Positions 37,156 to 51,506 of a DNA stretch of 64,000 nt are shown here, one piece after another. Position numbers and translations under genes: made by a program. Under the pieces are notes generated by a model. It was not told the DNA's origin. It ran no database searches and worked only from the letters and a program-made list of their open reading frames with translations. Position 1 is the first letter of the stretch, and the number at the start of each line of letters is the position of its first letter. The stretch is from Laetmonice hystrix. Taxonomy: Eukaryota. The DNA lies in assembly GCA_965235115.1 (NCBI GenBank), contig OZ249440.1:35590001-35654000 (forward strand), read 5' to 3'.

Positions 37156-38186
37156 TAAACACGTATAATGGTCGATTCTCATGAACTGTCGTCATTTGGG
37201 GTTGGAAGGGGGTCAAAAATAAATCATATACTAGAAGAAAATAATTATGTGTAACAAAGAATCAAGGTGTTGGGGCGTTATGCAGGTATGCTTGGGAAAG
37301 TTAAATGCAAGAATTGGTTAGTACGTGTCTACGTGTTTATTCAAGCCAGCAGAAACTAATTTATACTACCGAACATAAGGCTTTTAAATAATTTTAGTTT
37401 TTTCTGTAATTTTTGATCATGGAACTCAGTGATTTATCTCTGAAGTCCAGGGTTTTCCAGGCATTTCTGATATGTTTTGCTTCCAGAATATACTATTTTT
37501 GTGTACAAAATGTTATACAAGTATTATCGGTTGAAACTATGAGTGTAGGCTTTGTTTTATATATTGGTGTGTAGTATGTATGGCTGCTCTGACAAGTTTT
37601 CAATACTTGGTCCTTGGAAAAGGAGTTACGCGTTTCTACATAGTAAAGACCACGACTGGTAGAAGTTAACCAAGTAAGATATAATGTACCGTATTTCTTT
37701 TCTCCGTTTGTTTCTATGATTTTCCAGTGCAAAAATACAGTATAATAACCAGTATTTAGTACTTGTAACATAATATTATAGCAAATATATGTATAATGTA
37801 CTTTTAGGTCTCAAAGATAGGAATAATGCATGCATTGATTAATCAAATTAAAAGTGCAAATTTTCCAGTCAGCAATTTAGATGGTCTTATATATTAATAC
37901 CGTTGAAACTGCGAGTTCTCTGTTAAGATATGCAGTTGCTCTTTTTCCTCTTCCAGGTATATGATAAATGCTGAATAAATAGAGGGAGTTATGCGTTTCT
38001 ACATAATATATTTCATACAGTCATTTTCTAATGTGAATTTCTTTTAGAAGCTTTATATTTCATTTCATTTCAGTAACAATGAAGTAATTAACTTTATTTC
38101 ATTCCATTCCAAGGAATATTCTCTGATTAGTTGATTTTTTCTCCGGGAACGATATGCAAAACCTTATTTAATTTTTTTATTGCCAT

Positions 38187-38420
38187 GAGTGAGAGTAGTT
38201 GGTGTTTAACGCCCAGTCAGCAGTATTTCAGCTATTTCAGGGCGAGAACAAGGTAACTAACTCAGTTGGTGAACTCCATTGGGTGATGATTATATAGGAG
38301 GACACCCAACATCCCAACATCGGGGCGAACCCCCACTCTTATCGATAGATGCCAAGGGATCTTTAACGTGCCTCTTCACGACGTATCGTGACCCAGAAGG
38401 CCTTTCATAAAGCAGTCGGC
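38187..38420 (-). mobile_element. SINE 3' part (Meta-domain-like core, LINE-like tail)
   Basis: The minus strand ends gctgactgggcgttaaacaccaactactctcactc; core gggatctttaacgtgc. Confidence 0.6.
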
Positions 38421-38701
38421 AGCACTGCTATAGATATCTTATAACATAAAGAATATCTTATAGGCTAACAGGCTGGTCAAGCTTACTACAATAATTGTCC
38501 CTCAGGGAGTTACGCGTTTCTACTTAATGAAGGCATACTGAAAGATTACCGGTAGATTTCGTGCTAAATACAGTATAACCATGGTAGTTACTTGAACCGA
38601 AAATGCTAGCAGATAAAACTTCACCACAAAAGTCTCACAGATGGCGGAACTGCTGCTACTTCTTTCACTTACCACTAGGGAGTTACGCGTATCTACAGCA
38701 G

Positions 38702-40146
38702 GGGCCGGTTCCTCAGTCGCGCTAAGTATTACTTAGTCAAGATATCATCCAAAAATGTTACTTAACCGTTCCTCAGTCGCGTTAAGATATGCCGAGCCTA
38801 TCTTAACCATTACTTGCCTAAGTCAGGTGGGGAGGTTACTTAACGGTCACCGAATGCCGATCCTGCAGAGCTGATCGGCACAGTGAGCAAAGCGGTCCGG
38901 TCAGTGGCTTGCATGTACCGAAATGGAGGACGAGGGCTTTCGAATTCGGCGATTTTTGATGAACCTCGACAGACAAAGCATAGGTACAACGAAGGTTGCC
39001 AGACCCCTCAAACCCACTGGAAGTATATAGGAGGGTTTCCATATTTTTAGGGAAAATTGTGTCCCAGTGGTCTGAAAGTATATATGGGTGCTAATCTATG
39101 TTTTTTTAAATATGTTAAGTATCCATGACAACTAACTTTGCAACATACTTTATTATACTATAAATCATACATGTATAGATTGAGGTATATTGAGAACAGG
39201 AAGCAACACAATGTCAGCTTATGAAGTCCTCAGTGGTGGGAAGGTATACAATAAACCGTTCTATTGGCAGTGCAACTATGGGTTTTAACTCCATAACACA
39301 AAAATGCTATGTCCCACTATGTATTATCTTTGTTTGAATTAGATATGATAATATTTTTTAGAAGTATTTAAAATATTATAACCAGAAATTATTGTTTAGT
39401 GTCATACAGATGTAACATTACACACAGTAAAAATACAGAATAGGCCTATATATCTATCCTGTAGAGAATTTAATTTGAAGAGCTGTCCCATTAATAATTG
39501 TCACTCCATGACAATTTGTTGTTTCACGCTGGTGTAACATGTAGGCAGAGGTAGAGTAGTACATAGATTTCCATTAATTAATTTTTTTCACTAATATCCA
39601 TAAAATACATAAAATACAAATTAGACATTAAAGTACTTAGCGTTCACTAATGATGTCTGACTTACTAATTCAGTGACAGTGTGTCAACTCCATGACATCT
39701 CTTCTAATTAAAATGGCCTAATTACGATATTTTCTGCTGATACAAAATGTTTTCAAATGTTTCCATAGCAGACTGAAAAATATTCTAATATGATCATTTC
39801 TTAAAAATATCCAAGCAAAAATTCCCTAAAATTATAGAAACCCTAATAGCCTTGTCGCCATACTGTTCGACCGCTGTGGTTACCCGTCGAATGGCGCGGG
39901 AGAGATCAGCCAGTTCCTTTTATTGTTTCCCGTATGGGAGAGGTTCACTGTTGTGTGACGGAAAATACGAGTCGCTGATGCGTGCATTCGGAAGGGTCCA
40001 CTTTCTTGGCTTAGCTAAGCTGGGCCGTGCCTAGCTGTGCGTGACTCTTTCGACGACTGAGGAACCCATTTTTGGGAATGGGCACTGCCCAGCTTACTTG
40101 TTACTATGCCAAGTTGTACTTAGGCGCGCGACTGAGGAACCGGCCC
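38702..40146. mobile_element. Non-autonomous Harbinger-type element
   Basis: TIR gggccggttcctcagtcgcgc with 3-bp TSD cag. Confidence 0.85.
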
Positions 40147-41125
40147 CAGGACATTAACCTATTCTATTTACCAAACAAATACTAGTAGCATCTTTCCTTT
40201 ATTATGTCATTATCCATTTATAATAATGTTTTATTTACCACACCAACCCAGTTAAATATCAAAACCATAGGCTATACAGCGCATTCTAGGGAGTTACGCG
40301 TTTCTACACCAAAACTACACCTAACCTGGAGGGTATTGCTTATTTCACACCAACTATAAGCATTTTCAGCTATATTTTTTTTATAATGTTCCTTTGAGTG
40401 TTGATTGATATCATACAATTTATAACTCTCGAATACACTACATTTAAATATTTGAATTAGATGATGCAAAAAGGAGTTACGCGTTTCTACATCAAACTAC
40501 CCCAAGTTATAAAAGACGACAGGATATATTTACTTTCACTCATTCTTTAAATAGACAAGTATACCAATTCTTAGTGGGGTACTTGTCCCTGTACGGCAGC
40601 TTTTCCCCTCTATTTGTTACATTTAATTCTTTTAGAAACCTGTCAAAAGGTAACTTCTTATTTTATTTGTTAAAAAGTGCCATTTTTGGGTGGGTATTTG
40701 CCTATAACTTCTGTAATATTGGTCACAGATAGGTAAAAGTATGGTTCCCCTTGAAGATCTCAAAGAGCCTCATCTTATTAAACTAATATTATATGCCTAT
40801 CTTAAATTGGGAAGTACTTCTAGGCCAGTAAAGAGAAACTTTGCAAATGACGACAGTTCGTGAGAATCGACCTATACATGTATAACAATGTACAGATGTT
40901 TGAAGATGTCAATTAGAATCTGATGATTTTGTGCTAAAAACATCTAGAGAAATGTCTCAGGGCAAAGAAAAAAGAGGCAAAGTGTTATTGGCTTGTTATA
41001 TCGCTGGCCCATCAGTCCATCCCTATAGGTCGTTAAGGTTTGAACACCCACAGTTTCAACAATTTCAAATTACAAGGAACGTGCACTGCGTGGACAATTT
41101 TAAATATTGAAGTGACTGGTTTAGT

Positions 41126-41565
41126 TTAGTCGTCATCAGAGTCGCTGTCTAAAGCCAGGCGACCACATTTGTATGGGTCCCCATTGCAGACGCATGCAAT
41201 AATGCATGTTGTTCCAGCCTTAGCACATGGACAGTTCTTAAGGAAGCGCTTCTTGCACTTGCAGTGCACCAGCTTTGCGACTGCAGGTTTACTTGGTTTT
41301 GTCTTCATAACTGGTAATAACCTGTCATTGTCCAAACATCTGCCATACTCTTCAGGTGGCAGAAGGGTTGGGATCCTGAAATGAGCCTGTTTGTACAAAC
41401 TGATCTGGCAAAGGCTCCTGAGTATGTGAAAGTGAAAAGCATCTTCGGTGGGAGGAAGAGAACGGAGATCACCTTTGCTAGAGGCAAATATGTGGGCACG
41501 CAACCTATCCAGTGAAGAATACCCTGGTTTACCATATAGGTCACACAGAAAATCACGTGGGGCAC
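41126..41565 (-). pseudogene. Academ transposase C-terminal remnant
   Basis: LPPT..AF..H..R...Q, YG, and a Cys-rich CKC...CPC...C...CVC tail. Confidence 0.8.
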
Positions 41566-42298
41566 AGTAACTCTGACGTCAGTATTTTTGCGTTTCTATA
41601 ATTAGCATTGTCGCAGAGCGCTATGTCACTGTTGTTGCTGAATACAGAACGCTGAGAAAATACAGTGGGTCACAGAATGTTTTATATGATTTGAGGAGGG
41701 GGTCTCTCCACAGGGCAACGTACAGATAAATGTGGTGCCATTAATTCTTGTTCAATGTGCATATTACTTTCTCGGAAACATCATGGGGACCTAATGAGGT
41801 GATTTCAAGTGTGGTTTTGTACACATTTGACTTTTTCATGCCTTTTGACCTCTAGCGACCTTATACCTCATCCAATCAAAACATACTGTAGCGATCTTTA
41901 TTCCGAACAGAATGAGTGGTGGCTTGTTACCATAGACTTACTGGTTGTTGAGTTATACTGTATTACATTTCCCCTACCCCGAAAGTTTTCACCTTCCATC
42001 TTTACGAGGTACCATAAAAAAATGTGTCTGCAGAACTTGTGCAATCGAAACCAAGTGTCCAACATCACTTTTCATATGTCCAACAGACCCACAAACATGA
42101 TCCAAGGGTCAAAAATTTTACAGCAGGGGCGTCATCTCAAAATCGTTTTTTTGCACATTTTTGGACATTGGATCCCAGACTACAACCCGGCCCATCCAAT
42201 AGGATAACATTTAAAGAATCTGCCGCCATGACAGACGCTAGGTTAAACTACCTAAAGGCTATCCAGGCTTTGCGGGAGGAGGGGTACAAGGTGATATA

Positions 42299-43115
42299 TC
42301 GGGTGGATAAAAAAAACGCCCCGAACTTTAAACAATGAAATTTTTCTTAGTATCACTTCATGATGTTGTCTCTTAGTTGTTAATGTTACAACTCAACAGC
42401 TTGGATAATATTTCCGTGGGGCTAAAAACAAAAATCATTGTACAAAAGCGCAATGCCGGGCTAAAGCGAGTTGTAGTCGCACCCAGAGTCCCTGGCCTTA
42501 CACTAGAGTAGGTGGTCAATCGGTCCCATGTTTTCACTTCATACTGCTCTCAGTCTCTTTTTCCATGAGCCAATGCACTTCCCGATCTCTGATAGGGAAA
42601 TATCTTCCCAACATTGGGAAATACGCAACGTTCTGAACGTGTTGATAAACGTGATAATGATACAATTTCCCTTGAACTTCTCGTTACAGTCATATCGTCC
42701 TAATGTTGCAGTTTCTCTGTAGGGTTTGGCACCTTAAACATCTGTTTTTCTCTAAAAGTACTAGGAATAGCACATATTTTATTATATCTAGTGGTCCACA
42801 ACATTATACATATTGTAAAACATGCAAAAACTAAATATTGAATTTTTTTACCCAAGGTACAATGCGGTGCATCAAACAGTTATCAAATTGGACACCTGGC
42901 AGCTGCATGATATTTGACCTAATTCCGGCATTGCGTTTTTAAACACTGATTTTTGTTTTTAGCGCCACGGGATTAATATCAAAGCTTTTGAGTTGAGACT
43001 TTAACTTACCAGAGATAATATCATGAAGTGATACTAAGAGAAATGTTATTGAATTATAATGCATAGTTTTTGAGATGTTAAAGTTTAAAGTTCGGGGCTT
43101 TTTTTATCCACCCGA
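42299..43115 (-). mobile_element. mariner-type deletion derivative with long TIRs
   Basis: TIR starting tcgggtggataaaaaaa, about 165 bp imperfect, TA TSD; transposase C-terminal remnant CIGSWKKRLRAV..GPIDHLL* at about 42500-42620; excision restores VIYIDE. Confidence 0.85.
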
Positions 43116-46100
43116 TATATAGACGAGTCTTATGTCAACAAGAGCCACACTTCACCACGGTGTTGGCTTCGCAAGAGTTCCCAAGTACGTTCCAATGATG
43201 ACTCATATAAGAGCTCTATAAGTACACCGTCTGCTGCTATATCAGTTTTCACATAAATCTTTAAAAAATACCATTTTTATGAGGAATTACGCCCTGTTTT
43301 TGACTTCAAAATGGCTTCAGTTCCCCACATGTAAAATAATCACCATTCATTTCGACCACCACTATGTCTTCATCACTGCCATCATAATTTAAACATAAAC
43401 TAAATTTGATTATTTAAACTAAAACTGGATGGCATAATTAGATCACGGTGTGCTCTACATACATGTAGTATGTGATCTTACCTACATAGAAGTAGTATGT
43501 CATCTTACTCTAGGTACCAACTGGAAAGGGACCCAGATGGATACTCGTTGCTGCTGGTAGTCGGGATGGTTGGCTGTGGCACAAGGTGTTTCGCAGTAAC
43601 ACAGAATCATCCGACTACCACAGTGCCATGAACGGCCAACATTTTGAGGTATGACAGATAGCAAACAGATGTAAAACACTTTAAACCTATACACAGACAT
43701 TAAGATGACTGACTACAGACTGATTTAAAGTGGTTATTTTTAATTTTGCTACACCATGCGAGTATGTATGTATATGTTGTAAATAGACAACCTCGTTTAG
43801 TCAGCTCTGATGATGCAGGATGCAGTCAGTGCAGGTGCAAGACTTCACAATTCAGGGGGGCAAAGACATGTCATGGATCTTTATATGCGAAATCTAAATA
43901 TATTATTTAACAGCTCACAAATAATTTAGAATATGAGTCACTGAGACAATTCAGATACATGTACCTCTACATTCACTCCTGACAGGAAATATTTGAGACC
44001 ATATGCAGACTGGCCCAGGAACGGTTGGGCCAGTGTGTAATGTTGCTAGATAACGCAGCTTATTATAAACGGCTGGAAAACGAGCAGGCAAGGGTCTCGT
44101 ACTGGACTAAGCTACCAGCCGCCGATGTGAAGGATGCTTGGGCGGCAGGAACTATTCCTGGTAGCTACTTCTAACGCCATTTACAAACCATAATATAGTT
44201 TGGATATGAGGAATCGACTTTGACAAGAAAATATAACTCCAAATCTTTAGGTGAAACGTTTTAGCTCAAGTCATAATTTTGGTTGGTTTGGCCTATTAAT
44301 CACAGCTATCATTCTTTGAAAAATACATCCATCCACCGTTCTACTATTGGTTCTGTTATTTTACTCTACCACATTACTGTAACTATTTCTTCAAGGTCAG
44401 AGTCAATATGCAGGGCAACCTCTAACAACTAAAAAGGCAATAATAGAATTTGTTAGGGAACATCTGCCTGAAGCCAACATGAAGGGAACATCTGCCTGAA
44501 GCCCACATGAAGGTGGCAAACATCGCCTCACAGTTTGGCCACCAGGTGAGGATGTTACCTCCATACCGCCCTGAGCTCAATGCCAGTAAGCATGCCTGGG
44601 CTGTGACCAAGAATTTCGTGGCACAAAACAACAACCCAGCGGTCACATTCTCAGGTTTGCTCGATGTCATTGAGCGGGGGTTTATGGAGGTAACCCTCAC
44701 CACATGGATAAAACTTGATAAGAAGGTTAGGCTAAAATCCACTACGTTACCCTGGGTTACAATTGTGTCACAAGTTTTATTGTTACTTGTTACATGTTAC
44801 TCTATTCCAAGGCCAAGCAGAATAAGACAGTGCTAAATTCCCATAAATTTCAAAAATACTTTGCACCACCTGAAATTGAGTCTAAAGCTGTACACGTCTT
44901 ACATTTCAATGCATTTCTAATATCACCCACAGACTGTGTACTAGTATCTTTAATATTTATCGTTGTTCACATGGGGAAACAACCCATGTGGGGTCAGTAA
45001 CTTTCACCAGTGACTGTCATCTGACCTATTCAGATCTGCTGCCCCAATCCTTTGACCACAATTGAATAGAACTAAATCATTATGATACAGTTATTAGACT
45101 TTCTTCTGAAGAAATATTCAAAATTCATCACTTCCTGCAGCGAAATCTGATTCAAAGTTAGACAGCCATTTGAAGAGATATACATCTTCATTCCAAGGTG
45201 GATCTTAAAGGTAGCAACTGAAGAGAAAAAACAACTGGATTCTCTGACTGTTGCTGCCGAACGACTGGAGGCCTTTCGCCAGGAGCACCCTGACCTGGTG
45301 GTACAGCTTGGCGGCTCCTCGTCCTCCTCATCAGATGAGGACAGTGATGCCAACAGTGACGAAGGCGAGGATGAGGTACTCCAGCATCTTGGTGATGGGC
45401 TGGACAGTGATGACCAGCCCCTCATTGATTTTGATTCAAACCCAACAGCCCTCGGGCTCGAGACTGAGGAGTTAGCAGCAGCACAGGCGCTCCTCTCACT
45501 AAACGTCATGGAGGAATAAGGTGCTGATCACTGGAATGGAATTTTTACTGGACATACCTTCCATCTGGCAACGCCAACGGGGTCTTCTGATCATCATAAA
45601 ATACCTACATTTATTTTAGTGATGTTCATTGAAATTTGAATGATATAATAATTTCAGTCATCACCTGCTTTCAAAGAAACGCTCTTACTGCATACAGATC
45701 CTTCACAAGAAATGCAGTAGGCCTGGCCATGTTGAACTGTTGCCATGTGTTGGCCAGCTGTGATTTCACTCTGGCGCGGGTGTGTCGGAGTGTAGGCCTT
45801 TTGTATGGACGCTTGCTACTCAGCTACTGGGGTTCGGCACTGGGTGTCAATGAGCTGCCATATCATTGGACAGCCACTGTTACTGTTAGAGAGACAACTT
45901 TGGTACTCTATACTCGGCATGTCGCGTTTGGGTCTGGGTCCAACATGATCCGCCTGCACACCAAATAAATTTATCCCTTTGCCCTTCACTGGGTGAACAC
46001 GTGTCCTGCTCATCATGATTCCATTCGATAGTCCATCGCAATCGTTCAATTTAATGAACAAACATTGTCATTGAAATGTTAAAATAGAGACTTTCTTCAG

Positions 46101-46625
46101 GATTCTCAACCAATAATTATCTCTTGCAACAGCAAATATAAAAAACAACAATAAAAAACAATGAGTCTAAAACTCAAAAACGTTACATGATTGATGTTTG
46201 CCTATGATTCCCCTGATTGACGGTAGAGGGAGACACTTGACAAGAACCACTGACTGCGTATCATGACATGACAATGCACTGTGTATCAATACATACTTTA
46301 TCAAGGAGACACTTAGTAGTAATTTGCACAACAACAAAGTTGTCTGCGTTAACCAACCATGCGAGTGGGCGATAATAGGGTGACGGCACACGCGATTTCC
46401 AGCCTATCGTTAGGCACTTTATAACGTCACAATAGGCTCGGCAGATCGGGTGACGAGTTTTCTGCATCAACTTTTGCAGGGCGCCGGGCTGGCTTTCATG
46501 GGGAGTTCCCCCTGCAAAGAGGGGTGGGGGAGTCCATAAAATAGCGTCATAGTCATGTGACTTCGTATTTTAAACCAATCAGAGCCCGTCTTCCCGTGAG
46601 TCCGTTCTTTGTAGCAGAAAACAAA

Positions 46626-49600
46626 ATGGCGGAGGATAAAATCGTCCAAAACGTGCATAAGGTAAGAAATTTTAACTTAATTCGCCATCTTTCTTCAACC
46701 CTACTGGTACAAAGTCATTTCCTCCTGAATCTGCATTCATTTCTGCTTCTAATAGTATATAGTTTATGAGGATGTGCCTATTCTATCTCTGGCAATATCG
46801 TTCGGTAGGGAGGCCCGACCTGCTCACCGCTCAGTCACATACATGTGTCAGTCGGCACTTCGACGCTGCCTGTCATTCGTGTTTGCTACGGGCACGGCGT
46901 CTCATGGTGGTGTGCAAGTCGGGCATGTATCATGGTTCAAAATCAATTGATAAGGTGGCCATCCATCCCTAAATTGTCTATAAATATTCAGTTTGGTTAT
47001 GTCTCTGTCCATATTTTCAGTCTGCCAGCCAAAATTGCATGACAAATGATAGAATGAGGGGAGTGGGGACGTACTACTAGATCTAGTTGTACTTAGACTT
47101 AGTACGATGGTTTTGATGATGGCAAATTTCTTCAATAGGCCTAATTAAATTGCTTGCTTTGGTTGTCATGCACTATACTGTACCGACTAAAGTTTGGTCT
47201 TGTAGAAGTAAATTCAACACATTTTGTGTGATTTCTTACAGCCATGCCTGCCATGGGAGACCCTGGATCCCCATTCCTTTACTAACTCACTGGCGTACAA
47301 CATTTACCAGTACATCAAATGCACGAAGACTCCCTGGAGCGTGCCAGCAAGTGCCATATCTTTACAGCTAAAGTGTGTGGTCTCATCCACTGCTTTAGCT
47401 GCAGCATGTTCACGTAAGATACTTTAATAATTATTGGCATGTTCATAAATTTGAATATATTTAATTATTTGTAAAAAAACTTATAGAGAAAGTAACGCAA
47501 AGATAAAAATAACTATAATACAGCATACAAAATAGGAAGGTACGATGTATACGATATAGTTCAAAAATATATTTCCACTGTATTACCAATGATTGACAAA
47601 ACAAATCACATTTGGCTTTTACTTGACCTATAAGCAGAGAACAGTCATGATATTTTACCTTGATAAAAAACAAACTTTCTGATTAAGATTCCTACCTTGG
47701 GCCAGCCTTAAAAAATTGTTCGGAAGAATTTTTTGTGGAAAAAATGTGATGAAGCTGTGATTGAAAATGGACGACGTTCAACAAATTTTTGAACTAAAAG
47801 TCATACGGCCAGATTCTTTGGAACAAACAATTTTTTAAGGTCGGCCTTGGTATCTGTTAGAGAAAGCAAATACTTGTATTACATTGCTCCCTCTTCATTC
47901 AACTTGTTTTCTTTTGCAGGAGTCAAGGAGAAACGTTTGAAGTTAATGAAAAACAACAAGGATAAGGTGCACCTGGAGCAGTTTCTCCAGTGTGCCTTTT
48001 CCTTACCAAGTGATCCAGTGCTAAAGAGGAAAGATGCTGTGGAATGTCAACCAGTGTCAAAGAGGAAATGTAGCGGATCAGCTGTGGATTGTACAGATCA
48101 ACTTCAAGCAGACCTGTCTACACAATCTGATCATGGTGTCTACCAGTCACTGCTACAGGATTGCAGACGACTTGAAGAAGAAAAGGCATTATTGCTGGCA
48201 GAAAACAAATCACTTAAAGCAGAACTGAAAACACTTGAACAGGTTAATGTTATTAAACAGAGGAAATCGCGGGAACTGTCAAGGCAGCATGACCGGATCA
48301 ACCATTGGAAAGGAAAATATTTTGAAATTAAAACAAAATATGCAAAGGCCTTGAAGGCACATACAAGATATGAAGAGTCGAGAAGAACTATAACACGGCT
48401 CAAGTCTGTCATCACATCACAGAGATGTTATTACAAAACGAAAATAGCTGTGGCAAAGGACAAGAACATAGAGGCTAGCAGACATGACTCGTGCCTACAA
48501 AGAGAAAAAGACTTGCAGTCTCGTGTCAGTGACCTGGAATGGCAGTTAGCACAGCTTCAGCTGGACCAGCCTGATGGTCTCATTTCTACAATGGATGGAC
48601 GTAGATACAGTTCTGCTATGCGCATGTGCATTTATTATGCACTTCAGAACCAGTGCCCTGTTCAGTATGCAGCTCAGGTGGTCAAGTTTGTGGTAGAGAC
48701 ATTTACTGGGCAGAAGCTGCAGAATATACCATGTGCTGCCACAGTTAGCCAGATGGCTCGTGAACTGGGGACTTTAGGAGACATTCAGGCAGGTGAGGTC
48801 CTTGCCTCGACACCTAATCTCACAGTGGCTTGGGATGCCACTGATGTATGTGGTGCTCATATAAATGAGGTTCATGTAGCAGCTGTAGATTACACCAGGG
48901 ATCAGGAGCAACCAGCGCGTCAGTACCTTACATTGAGTGTTGCTCAACTACCTGGGGGGAAGACGCATGACTATGTCAAACATATTGAGGAAAGTGTTAA
49001 AGATGCTGCAGCCACCTACTGTGACTGGGCCAAAAGTGACCACAATGTAGTGCTTGACTCAATGAAAAGCAATATCACGAATACCATGTCCGACAGGGTT
49101 GCGGTAAACCATTGTGTAACTGAGGCCTTGAAGGAAAGCATTAGTCCGCATTTACTGGAGCTTCACTGTAATGTCCACCCGCTGGACTCTTTGGCCAGCA
49201 CTGCCAGAACCACACTGAAAACAAGGGGAGTGCGAAGTCAGGTTTTTGGCCAAGATTGCGCGGTTGCCAATCTAATTCATGCCCTGTCAAAACTAAGATA
49301 CAAGCAGGGCTCGGGTGACCCTGGTGCTTTTAAGGCTTATTTCAAGCAGAGGGAAATTCCACTGAATATGTTTCCACGCTATGTCGGGAATCGTTTACAC
49401 ATTCTGTTCCAACTAGGCGGTGTCCACTTTTACCTTCGAGAACAACTCTTGGAATTCCTTGACAAGTTCTGCACTCAACGAGGAGGCTTGACTACATCTC
49501 TGGCTGCAGACCTCAGAAATGTGGAGATCGTCGGACAGCTGCATGTGCTAGGGCTCTTTGGTAAAGTCCTAACTGGACCCTGGATGAAAAAGTTCTACTC

Positions 49601-50543
49601 TGAGGAGGGTGAGAACTTAGGCATGACTGCAGAATTGAACCGGTGTATCCACTTTCTGGAACAGCTCTCAGCTGATCCCTCATTACTGGTGACAACAACA
49701 GAAGATACTTTTGGGCAAAAGCTGAGTGAAACTGATCCCATACTGATGTCTTTGCGAAATGGCGGAACTACTGACGCTGCATTTGAGGGAACTGTAAAGG
49801 CACTTGTCGATGCCTTTCTTGTTGTGCTGCGACGGCAGCTGGGAAGCTACCTGATAGAACCCACGGCAGACCAAAGAGAGATGGCAAAGGCAGCTCCAAC
49901 ACACAATATGCAAGCAGAGAGGATAATGGCAATGACTGATGCACAGGTCAGAAGGGCTCCTAATGCATGCATAGACTTTATTGAGGCCAAGGTCAAGGCC
50001 AAGACCAACCGCACTCTTGACTGGCTTAAATTGCAGTCAAATAAGGAGCAGAACCGAACAATAATGTATGCTGTTACCAAATCTCGGGAAATTGCTGCTG
50101 AGAAGAAACGCCGCAGGGCTTCTTTGGAGAAGGAAATTCTCAAGCGACTGAGTGAGAGGGGTCAGAAACGAGATGCTGCAGAGAAGAAGAAAGTGGAGAA
50201 GAAGATCGCTGTACTGGAAACCAGACAAGGACAGGTCACTAAGCAGGAAATTGCTGAACTGGACCCTTCTCGGTCTGATGCTGAGCAATCATTTATGTAC
50301 GACATTGTCAACACCCCAAGGTCGGTGATTGGGAAGAAGTTGATGCACACCTGGTTTGATAATGAGACACAGTCTGACACAGTGTACCAAGGACTTATAA
50401 TCAAACTAAAGAAACGAAAAAAATGTACATTCGTTGTTGCATACAATACCCTCAGTGAGGATGATGGAGATGCGGTTGACTATGATATTGCACGGTGTCA
50501 ATTGGTGTGTGACCTTCTGTGTGGTGAACTGGCTCTTGCTTAG
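46626..50543 (+). CDS. Intact transposase of about 943 aa, exons 46626-46661, 47242-47413 and 47920-50543
   Basis: GT-AG introns in phase; coiled coil; AWDATD, TMSDR, HCNVH (CxxH), GNRL and HNMQAER; AATAAA downstream. Confidence 0.8.
47694..47852. mobile_element. Small MITE in transposase intron 2
   Basis: Inverted ends ccttaaaaaattgtt and aacaattttttaagg, TA-flanked. Confidence 0.55.
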
Positions 50544-50693
50544 GCCCTATCTTCATAGGTGTGTAAATGGTGATAATAAAATGTAATTAAAGATAATAAA
50601 TCAAATCTGATTTTTATATTTTAAACTTTATAGTTGATTTTCTTCTGTGATCCACAATGTAGAAGAGCCTGGTGGTCATGAGGTTCATAACAG

Positions 50694-50859
50694 CAGAGCC
50701 GAGCTTTTCAAAAATTGGCAACTTGAGTAAAGCTTACTTATGTAAACTAACAGGCTTCTTTCTGATTGGCTGGTCTCCTTAGGCCAGCCAATCAGAAGCC
50801 TGTTAGTTTGCATAAGTAAGCTTTACTCAAGTTGAGAATTTTTGAAAAACTCGGACCTG
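50694..50859. mobile_element. Hairpin (palindromic) MITE
   Basis: Two near-perfectly complementary arms of about 80 bp around a short loop at about 50774-50781. Confidence 0.85.
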
Positions 50860-51506
50860 AACTCGAAGTCCATGAGGAAGGTGACGGCCCATTAATATTA
50901 ATTTTGATAGGTCAAGGTCACAAAGGTAGCCTAAAGGTCATCCCAAGGTCACTTAATAACCTTGACCTTCAGAGCATTCAATTTCCCTTTACATCTAGAT
51001 TACAAATATATATGGTTTGGGGTACTTAGATTCATTAGATAATGCAGGAGAGTGAAAAAAAGGTTAAAAATGTTATAAATTTCACACAATTATGGCCAAT
51101 TAATGCGATCGATAAACAATGGGAATGGCGTTCATTAATTTCACGAAGTAAAATGACCATATCTCCACAACCATTCAACCTTTTTGCAAAATTCAAAAAG
51201 TGTTGTGTTTCTAACAATATGTGCTATTTAATTCCACAGTTTCAAAAATATACAAAAAGTTTGAATTTTTTTGCTAAAGTGCCTACTATCGTGTAAACGT
51301 CACAATTCTGAGTAAATGACGTCCAAAGTTGGGACTGCACCACGCATTAAAAACCAGTTGCTGACACACGTGTTCTTCACTGTGATCAAACAACTGCAGT
51401 TACTTTGCGCTGACTCTCATGTGTTTTCTTACATATCCAGTATGGTTTTGACTTTTAGCATGAACAGAACCTTCACATGAGAGTAATATCAGTCGTTTTG
51501 TCTTAC

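Larger units (their letters stand above)
37170..40872. mobile_element. Unclassified non-autonomous TIR element inside the Academ element
   Basis: 29-bp TIR ggtcgattctca(t/c)gaactgtcgtcatttg; six copies of ggagttacgcgtttctac; TSD unclear. Confidence 0.75.
36509..42182 (-). mobile_element. Academ DNA transposon, internally deleted
   Basis: TAG...CTA termini, imperfect TIRs of about 450-540 bp (36509-37045 and 41730-42182), 3-bp TSD caa; excision restores IGYSYTQPGPSN. Confidence 0.85.
34459..45519 (+). pseudogene. Intron-rich DDE_3-type transposase, about 8 exons
   Basis: Exons 34459-34793, about 35600-35680, 35993-36121, 36488-36508+42186-42298+43118-43184, 43514-43648, 43986-44160, 44396-44725 and 45211-45519; motifs IYIDESYVN, PTGKGPRWIL, DYHSAMN, LLDNAAY and LPPYRPELN. 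Confidence 0.85.

Noticed and set aside
47847..47919. ORF-track start of the 898-aa protein
   Set aside because: This stretch is intron ending in a polypyrimidine tract and AG at 47918-47919; the start is more likely ATG 46626 via two upstream exons.
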